A stretch of DNA of 64,000 nt. Origin: the human T2T-CHM13v2.0 reference genome, Homo sapiens. Under the pieces are notes generated by a model. The model ran no database searches, was not told where the DNA came from, and was given only the letters and a program-made list of their open reading frames with translations. A program made the position numbers and the translations under genes. The stretch is taken from NCBI RefSeq assembly GCF_009914755.1, contig NC_060941.1; one strand, 5' to 3'. Shown in pieces: positions 51,165-64,000 of this stretch; position 1 is the first letter of the stretch, and every line of letters starts with the position of its first letter.

Positions 51165-51393
51165 ACAGAGTTGGTTCAGTGAACCGTGGCTCACAGGCTG
51201 GATCTGGCCACCACCTGTTTTTCTAAATAAAGTCTGATTGAAACACAGCTATGTGCATTCATGTACACATGATCTGTGGCTGCTTTTTTGCCATAATGGC
51301 AGAATTCAGCAGTTGTAACAGAGAACTTGTGACCTGCAAAGGCCAAAACAAATACCACCTAGCTCTTTACAGAAAAAAGTTTGCTACTTCCTG
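51165..51393. mobile_element. MER58A-like hAT-Charlie element
   Basis: cctgtttttctaaataaagt...gaaacacagc...ctttacagaaaaaagtttgc. Confidence 0.8.
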
Positions 51394-51456
51394 GTTTATA
51401 ATGATATAAAAATTGGAACCAAGCTAAATGTCCAAGAAAGTGGATTGATCAAATTA

Positions 51457-51932
<476 letters not shown>

Positions 51933-52031
51933 TTAAATTTGACTCTAGGGGTGGAACCCAGGCATTGATATTTTTAAAGCTTCCCCAGGGGTTCTAATGC
52001 AGTGCCACTGTTGTAGAAGAATATTTAATGA

Positions 52032-52340
<309 letters not shown>

Positions 52341-53550
52341 GAATATGTAGTGACACAGAAAGATGGCCACTATATATTATTAACTGAAGACAAAGAAGAT
52401 TTTCTAACAATGTGTAGCATGTGACTCCTTTCTGGTAAGTTTCTATACACACATGCAAACAGACTCACATGTATGAAAATATATGCCCACACATTGACAG
52501 TGGCCATCTCTGTAGGCTGGGACTAGGAGAGATTTTGATTTTTTTTTCTTTTTGCTTATCTGTATTTTTTAGATGTTCTACAATGAACATGGTATCTTAT
52601 AATAAATGCAAAAAATAAAGTTGTCAATAGCTTAAAAAGCCATGTACTTTTTGTTTTAGGCAAAACTACAAAGAGGAGCATCTAATCAAACAACACATCC
52701 CCAGGTCACTCGTGTGTGCAGCATGCCTTCAGGCATGCATCCCAACAGAGGCAGATCCCAGGCTCATGGGACAACAGGTTTTCCTTGGTGAGGAAGTCAG
52801 GCACTGCAGCCTCCAAGCCTCAGGCTCCTCAACTGTTAAAAAGGGATCAGTCTGCCTACCCCCAGGATTTAAGGCAGGCATGCATAGTGTCTGGCACATA
52901 GGAGGTGCTCAACAAAAGTTGCTTATTTCTCCATAAGCAGCTTTTAGCGTCACAGCCTGCAGCCAATCAGCTTCTTGCTGTTCTTGCCAAAGGAGGATTG
53001 GCTTTGCCAAAGCTGGGCCTGCCCAAGTTCATCCGCAGCCACTGGTCTCTGATGCTGTCCACCTTGGCTTGGAATCTCTGTTGCTCTTGGAATTTTTCTG
53101 TGTTCCCTAGAAGGACTGTGACCTCTCATCAACACAACCTGTATCCCCTACTCCCAGAATGGGTTCCATCTGCGTAGAGAAAGTGAGGGCTTCAAGTCTT
53201 CGTGGGGCTGCTCACTCTTAATAAAAACAACAGTGGCTGCCATGTATCAGAATTGCCCTACATGTGCCCGGGCTGACATCCTCTATCTCTCAGCCCCAAC
53301 TCTGCAGGAATGTGAGAGTGTTCCCATTTCCCAGATGAGGCTCAGAGAGTTGAAGGAACTCCTTGAAGGTCACACAGCTGGTCCATGGCAGGTGCCACAC
53401 TGCCTTCTTAGCTATGTTGGTTCCATCTTCTACTTCAAAAGACAGACATTCCCCAGTGGATTCTAATGTGCAGCCAGGTTTGAGAAGCATTGTTATGAAA
53501 GTAGTGGTTCTCAACATTGACTATACCGTGGAATCACCTGCACTGATTTA

Positions 53551-53860
<310 letters not shown>

Positions 53861-54230
53861 AAAATGCTGGTGGGGGTTGGGAGTTGAAGAGTGGGGAGGG
53901 TGGGAAGAGGACAGGAAGAAAGGAATGGGGGAGGCTTCTGAAGTTCTGGATAATGTTCTAGTTCTTGATCTGGGTGCTAGCTACTTGGGTGTGTTTATTT
54001 TGTGAAAATCATTGAGCTGTACATTTATGATTTATGTACTTTTCTATATGAATGCTAGTCTACAGTAAAATTTTAAAGAAAAAAAGAAGCTGTCATCAGC
54101 CACATCACTGCCTCCTGGGAAAAGGCAGTCCATGGCCTTGACCCATATTTTGAGGATGCTTTTCTCAGCATCAAGCAGTTGTCGGCCTCTGAGTCTGTGC
54201 CTGTCCCTGCCAATGAGCAGACTAACCCTA

Positions 54231-54641
<411 letters not shown>

Positions 54642-54889
54642 CTAAGCTGGTTAAGCTCCACGGTCCCTCCCTCCCACAGTGGGAGTCATATGACCCTATG
54701 CCGTCTAAGCCCCAGGACCTAGGGCAGCAGGGGTGTAAATGGCTACAGCCGAGCCCCCTGGGCCTGAACTGTGAGTTCCCTGGTTGACCTCTGCCTTGTG
54801 TCATAATTTGAGTCACTAGAGGTATGTTCTCTTGTTCTTCAGCTACAGGTTCTGATTTTTAGCTAGGCTTATGAATATGTTAAAGGAAA

Positions 54890-55285
54890 ACAACATTTCC
54901 AACCCTCTTTTGCAGCTAGGCATGGCCATGTAACTCAGTTCTGGCCAAAAAAATGTAAATAAAACAGTCTGTGCAATTCTGGGGAAAAAAGGAGAGTACT
55001 CTTCTCCTTCCCATACTCCTTCCTGATGCCTGGAATATAGCGTGGAAAGGCTGAGCTCCAGCAGCCATATTGTACCATGGGGTAGAAGTCATGTTTGTGG
55101 TTAGCAGAGCAATAAGACAGGAGCCTAGGTCCCTTCTCCCTTTGCATCATGGAGCACCCTGTTGGCTCTGGAATGATTCCCTCAGGACAGCTAAACATGA
55201 GAGAGAAACTGAGCTTCAAACTTGTTTGAGCCAGTGATATTTGAGGGTTTTCATTCTTCTCAACCCAACTGAATCCTATCTGATA
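54890..55285. mobile_element. LTR33-like ERVL LTR fragment
   Basis: ttgcagctaggcatggccatgtaactcagttctggccaa. Confidence 0.6.
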
Positions 55286-56116
55286 CAGTAGGATTTGCTC
55301 CTTGGTCCTGAGTTCCCGCCTTGGTCACCTGCCCAGTGTAAGGAGGAGGGGCCTGGCCTGCTCCATCCTGCAACTGGAGTTCTGTCCTCGGCCCACCTCA
55401 GTGGCTGGTCCCTGCTACCTGCTGGAACCCCATCCATGCTGCCTCCCCACTCAGCAGGATTCTGTTCCTTGGCTGGCCCCTTGCCAGGATGGATGGCAGG
55501 CCTCCCACTCTGCTTGCTTTCCTGGAGTGAGGTCTGCTGCTTGCCTCCCACTCCCTGCTTCCCACTTACCCCTGTGCCCTTGGCTTCTGCCCTGGGCCTG
55601 CCAGAGTGGCTGCTCTCTGGATATCCCAATGCCACCAGTATCTTCCCCAGGAGCAGCCCATTCCTGACATACAGGAACAACGGCTCCTTCATTCATTGAC
55701 TCATTTAAGCAGATATTTACCAAGCATCTGTTATCAGCATTGAGAACACCACAGGAAATAAGATCAGGTCGAATGGTGGGCCTAGTGCAAGCACTTACAA
55801 GTACAGGCTTTAGAGTGAGAACATCAGGCCCAGCCAGCCAAGACACTGAAACCCATTCCAAGGAATTTTCAGGAGTTTCCTTTAAGGATATGCCCATGAC
55901 CTGGGTTATGTGTCCAAGTCTGGATGAGTCACTACACCTCCCAGTCCTCAGCTGTCCCATCTGCACATGGTGAGGCTGAACTGCATGCTCTTGATGACTC
56001 TGTGCAGGTCTGACTTCCTGTGAAGGTAGGAAAGGGCCCAGGGGCCCCTAGGCCTGGTTTTGCCACCCATGGGCTGCTGCTGGATTTAGGGCCTTAAAAC
56101 AACCACTTTATTATTA

Positions 56117-56272
56117 ATTTCTTTAGAGACAGGGTCTCACTCTGTTGCCCAGGCTGGAGTGTAGTGGTGTGACCATAGGTCACTGCAGCCTCAAACTCCT
56201 GGCCTCAAGCAAGCCTCCCGCTCAGGCCTCCCAAAGCGCTGGGATGACAGGCATGAGCCACCACATCCAGCC
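56117..56272 (-). mobile_element. FRAM/FAM-like Alu monomer
   Basis: Single-arm Alu-like sequence. Confidence 0.8.
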
Positions 56273-56529
56273 CTCACTTTCTAATTATTTATTATGATTT
56301 TGTCGGTTGACTGGGGCCAGCCAATTCTTCTGCTGGTGACAGTTCCTTCAGCCCCTCTGACCTCTGGCCTAACATGGAAGTGGGGATAATCCATGTACCC
56401 AGAATTCTCCCAGAATTGATGAGATAAGACTCCAGGTCATGGAATAGTTAACGAGGAGGAGTTTCTCTTTAGAAGTAATCCAGCTAATAAATGAAGACAG
56501 GATGATAGAATTAGAATATTACCATTTCT

Positions 56530-56833
56530 GGGCCAGGCACAGTGGCTCACGTCAGTAATCCTAGCACTTTGGGAGGCGGAGGCAGTCTGATTGCTTGAGC
56601 TCAGGAGTTCGAGACCAGCCTGGGTAACATGGTGAAACCCCAGCTGTACTAAAAATACAAAAAATTAGCCAAGTGTGGTGGCACATGTCTGTAGTCTCAG
56701 CTACTCAGGTGGCTGAGGCACGAGAATCGCTTGAACCCAGGAGGTGGAGGTTGCAGTGAGTCAAGATCCTGCCACTTCACTCCAGCCTAAGTGATAGAGT
56801 GAGACTCTGTCTCCCCACCTCACCAAAAAAAAA
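56530..56833 (+). mobile_element. Alu
   Basis: Alu consensus; TSD agaatat(t/c)accatttct. Confidence 0.95.
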
Positions 56834-57149
56834 GAATATCACCATTTCTAACCCCCAGTGAAGTAACTGGTCTAGATATGGAATGTCAATAGCTATTAAT
56901 GTCACAAAAAGGAAGTCACTAGACATTCTGTGCCTTCTGTGGAAAAACCTAATACCTACTAAGAACAAGTCTTGCCAAAAACTCAAAATCTTAATCTGAT
57001 CAGGCCTCTAGATCCAACTATCCACTTATAGGAAATATAGAAGACAGAGAAATGTGTATAAATGACATCATGGATTTGCAATAATCAAAATCCAGACCGT
57101 GGGTAATATCTGCAGGATGCATGGTAGGGCTGGTTCAAGAATAAAGGAA

Positions 57150-57510
<361 letters not shown>

Positions 57511-58822
57511 CTAATCATATTGTGTGCATCTTATTTGGATCTTGATTTAATCAAAATGTTAGAAAATGCTTTCTGACATAAAACAGTTGGAAATTTGAAC
57601 ACTTACTGAATATATAACGATATTAAAGAATAATTGTTTTAAGAAACACAGAGAGAAATAATGAGTGACCAACACTTGATAAAGAAGAACCCAGCAGCCT
57701 GTCTCTTATTAGAGAAGGCTACGGGGTATGCTGGGAGTCCTAATCCCGGCTCGGCCGTGAGTGTGCTGTGTATGTAGCCTTGGCTGAGCCCCTTTCCCTG
57801 CCTAGACCTTGGTTTTCCCATTTATGAAGTGAAGGAGGGGACCCAAGGGGCGTGTTTAACTCTGGCCTGCTTTTGCTTTGTCTTGTCACGTGCAGCCATG
57901 GATCCTTTAACTCGGGGCCTGTATCAACACCACCATGCGTCCACAAGAGTATAAAATGGGCAGAAGAGTGCTTGATGGGCACAAGCCCAGAGCTGTCGGC
58001 TTCTGCAGAACCCAGAACAGGAAGGGTCACCTCCCTGAGGCACCTGACCTGGAGAACCAACTGCATAATCCCAGGTAGGCCAGGTCAAAGCCAAGGGGAA
58101 GGAGAAACTGCTGGAGGACTTCCCCCCACAAAACATGGGCACGTGTTATCTGCTCACCAGGATGCTTCGACCTTGTTCTGATGCCTGGGGACTTCTGGTG
58201 AGTTCCCTGGGCATCCATCCTGGTCTGTTCACCTTCTCAGGACTCCAGTTGAGTTGGGCTGCGTGTGACAGACCCCTGTGAGTGCAAATGAACAATGTCA
58301 CTGAATTGCTGCCTCACTGGCCCCTCAATTCCTTGTTGCTGGCCTCTGCCCACCTGCACTTCAGATACTGTCATCATGGAAGAATCATCCTTAGCACAGA
58401 AACTCACACACTGTAAATGCTCCATGTGAAGAGGTGAAGAGGTGGAGAGGGAACCTCCCTCCCAGACCATCATGGATGCTTAACATTCTCTTGAAGCCTG
58501 ACGAGTTTTCTCCAGAAAGCTGAACTACAATACTCACCATCTGCTACCAACACCAACGAGTTCAACACATGAACTAAGTAATCGAGAAGGACACTTCCGT
58601 TTAATTAGGTACTATAGAGCAGAAGCAAGGCCCACACGTTAGTGTCAAATCTGGATGCAAATCCTTGCACTGCCTCCTACCAGCTCTGTGACTTTGGGCG
58701 TTTCTTAACCTCTCTGCAGCTTATTTATTAAGAATGCTGTGAAGATGAGATGACGCCCTTCATACAGTGTTTGGCATCGTGCCTGACCCACCAGAAGGGC
58801 TCAATGTGTGTCCACAGTTGCT

Positions 58823-59144
<322 letters not shown>

Positions 59145-59174
59145 TAACCACTCTTATTTAGTAAGAGTGCTGTC

Positions 59175-59979
<805 letters not shown>

Positions 59980-60262
59980 ACGATTACTTTTTTGGGGGAA
60001 GCTTCCATTGCAGCACCCCATGGGCACTCCACCATCATGTCTCTCTACTCCTCAATTGAACCTTCTCTCCTTTCCCTCTCTCCTATAAAAATGACCCTTC
60101 AGTATGTCATTTTCTCACTGACATGCTAACTTATGACTTGCAGCATCTGATGATACAACTTTGACCTGCTTTATAATCGTGGGTTTCAGGCAAGGTGGGA
60201 GGCCTTCCAAAGTCACCTTGAGAACCACAACTCTTTGGTGCCATCTGCAATCCTCCATATCA

Positions 60263-60658
<396 letters not shown>

Positions 60659-60747
60659 TTAATGCCCACCTTCCAGGATAGGGAGCACAGAGCAAGGAAT
60701 ACTAAGTATTGAAGCCCTGAAACGCCCACTTCCTGTACCTGAGTCGC

Positions 60748-60766
60748 TGCTGTCCTCTAGTGGCCA
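60748..60766 (-). promoter_or_regulatory. CTCF motif candidate flanked by ETS motifs
   Basis: Minus strand TGGCCACTAGAGGACAGCA; CACTTCCTG at about 60727 and GCGGAAGTG at 60801. Confidence 0.55.
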
Positions 60767-61132
60767 CTGGATAAATTGCACAGCACGCCGGCCTGAAAAA
60801 GCGGAAGTGAGAGATGCTTTTCCCCACTTCTGAATCTACCAGATGCTGGGGTTCTCAACCATGCTCCACTCATGACTTCCTTTTTATAAAATGTATTTTG
60901 TGTAATTACAGTAATTTTTGAACATTATAGGCAGATTTATTGAGGTATTGACATATAATAAACTGCCTAGAGATTACAATTTGATAATATCTGAGCCTTA
61001 GTATACAGCTGAAATCATTATCACAATCAAGATAGTGAAGAAAGCCATCCTCCCAAAAAATTTCCTTGTTGCCCCTTGGTGATCCTGCTTCCTGCCCTTT
61101 CTACTTCCCTCTCACCCCCAAGCAACTACTGA

Positions 61133-61481
<349 letters not shown>

Positions 61482-61644
61482 CTGATCTGCTTTCTGTCAT
61501 CATAGGTTAGTTTATATTTTCTAGTGCTTTCTAGACACGGAATCATACAGTGTGTATTTTTTTGGTCAGGTTTCTTTCACTCACCATAATTATTTTGAGA
61601 TGTATCCATGTTGCTTTGTGTGCCAATAGTTCATTACTTTTTAA

Positions 61645-62256
<612 letters not shown>

Positions 62257-62417
62257 ACATTACTTTTTATTGCTGAGTTCTGTTCCATTGTATGAATGTA
62301 CCACAATTTGTTATTCATTCAGAATGATAGTAATTTTAAAAATCAATATAATGCCCTAACTAGAACATACAACAGAAACTAACTCAAAGACGAGTTCTGT
62401 ATAAAAGCTCAAGGAAG

Positions 62418-62709
62418 CTGGGTGTGATGGTTCACAACTGTAATCCTAGCACCAAGGCAGGTGGATCACTTGAGGCCAGGAGCTCGAGACCAGCCTGGGC
62501 AACAGAGCCCCCCGACCCCCCCAACTTCTACAAATATTTTTAAAAATTAGCCAGGCTTGGTGGTCCAGGTCTGTAGTCCCAGCTACTCAGGAGGCTGAGG
62601 CAGGTAGATCACTTAAGGCCGGAAGGAAATTTGAGGCTTCAGTGAGTCGTGATGGTGCCACTGCACTCCAGCCTGGACAACAGAGACTCAAAAAAAAAAA
62701 AAAAAAAAA
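62418..62709 (+). mobile_element. AluJ
   Basis: Diverged Alu. Confidence 0.9.
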
Positions 62710-63167
62710 GCTCAGCCATGACCACCCTGACCCTGACCACTCTGGAACATACAATGATACAGTCGGGCACTTATATACTATACATGTACTAGCTGCGAGT
62801 ACAGCCAGGCAGAGGTGGGGCAGATGAGCACATCAACTACTAGCACCACTGTCCTGGACATCACACAACAGGGGGGCAGGGCTGGGCTTTGAGCCCAGGT
62901 TTGTTTGGCTCTGAAGCCCAGTGGCTGGCCACTCCATGCAGGAGGGTACAGTGCTCTGTCGCCCAATGCATGGGGACTGGTGTTGAGCAGAGAAGATGGA
63001 CATGGGCAGATTTTAGCTGGATGGAAGGATGCGTTTCTCACAGGGCTGACCATTGGGGTAGCATGTTCTTTTTTTAATTACGTGGATGGCGTGTTTGGGC
63101 TGGCTCACCCTGGGATTTCTCCCATCCAGCCATGACCCAGACTCATTCACTAAGGTCTATATTTGCC

Positions 63168-63770
63168 TTTTTTTTTTATTATACTTTAAGTTCTAGGGTA
63201 CACGTGCACAATGTGCAGGTTTGTTACATATGTATACATGTGCCATGTTGGTGTGCTGCACCTATTAACTTGTCATTTACATTAGGTATACTGCCTAATG
63301 CTTTCCCTTCCCCCTTCCTCCACCCCACAACAGGCCCCGGTGTGTGATATTCCCCTTCCTGTGTCCATGTGTTCTCGTTGTTCAATTCCCACCTATGAGT
63401 GAGAACATGCAGTGTTTGGTTTTTTGTTCTTACGATAGTTTGCTGAGAATGATGGTTTCCAGCTTCATCCATGTCCCTACAAAGGACATGAACTTATCCT
63501 TTTTTATGGCTGCATAGTATTCCATGGCGTATATGTGCCACATTTTCTTAATCCAGTCTATCATTGATAGGCATTTGGGTTGGTTCCAAGTCTTTGCTAT
63601 TGTGAATAGTGCCACAATAAACATACATGTGCATGCGCCTTTATAGCAGCATGATTTATAATCCTTTGGGTATATACCCAGTAATGGGATGGCTGTGTCA
63701 AATGGTATTTCTAGTTCTAGATCCTTAAGGAATCGCCACAGTGTCTTCCACAATGGTTGAACTAGTTTAC
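63168..63770 (-). mobile_element. 5'-truncated L1PA (about L1PA5) 3' end
   Basis: ORF2 C-terminus ([14 protein letters not shown]...[13 protein letters not shown]) plus L1 3' UTR. Confidence 0.95.
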
Positions 63771-64000
63771 CTTTTTAAAGGTATGTTTGTATTTCACTCA
63801 CTTTGCATTTCACGGTAACCCAATCCAGGGGCTTTTCCCTGGCACTTCCCACAGCACAGACATATGCTCCTTCCTTGCCTGCTGCCCTCAGGGGCCAGCA
63901 GCAGGGGTGGCACTGCACAGTCCCACTGGGGGCCTCCCTCAGGGCAGAATATAATTTTATGGAAGAAAGTGTCTAGCAATGCTTTCTTGAGACAGGGTGT

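Overview
Human genomic DNA from chr17q21.32, recognised from sequence memory and not from a database search. The window opens inside the last coding exon of GOSR2 isoform B (TQGSCQTAHFGGRSAGSS*), followed by tandem poly(A) signals. It then contains a probable Alu-derived alternative terminal GOSR2 exon (25963-26153), the MIR5089 hairpin (32446-32529) and the single-exon gene RPRML on the minus strand (CDS 38076-38438) in a CpG island. The rest is repeat-rich: about 42 Alus, two L1PA 3' fragments, old L1M, MaLR/ERVL LTRs, MER5/MER58 and MIR/L2. Almost all other ORFs in the track are Alu-, L1- or GC-derived noise. I see no convincing wholly new biological system. The best leads are four. (1) A cluster of short locally templated duplications and fold-backs, which appears to explain the birth of MIR5089 (a second copy of its 3' arm lies 0.7 kb away) and an insertion into the exonised Alu. 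(2) An in-frame Met25 in perfect Kozak context in RPRML, where I recall Leu in the reference protein. (3) A near-perfect REST/RE1 site about 0.5 kb from a perfect RFX X-box, with more X-box-like sites around RPRML. (4) A perfect 13-bp loxP arm. Repeat boundaries and subfamilies were read by eye and are approximate.
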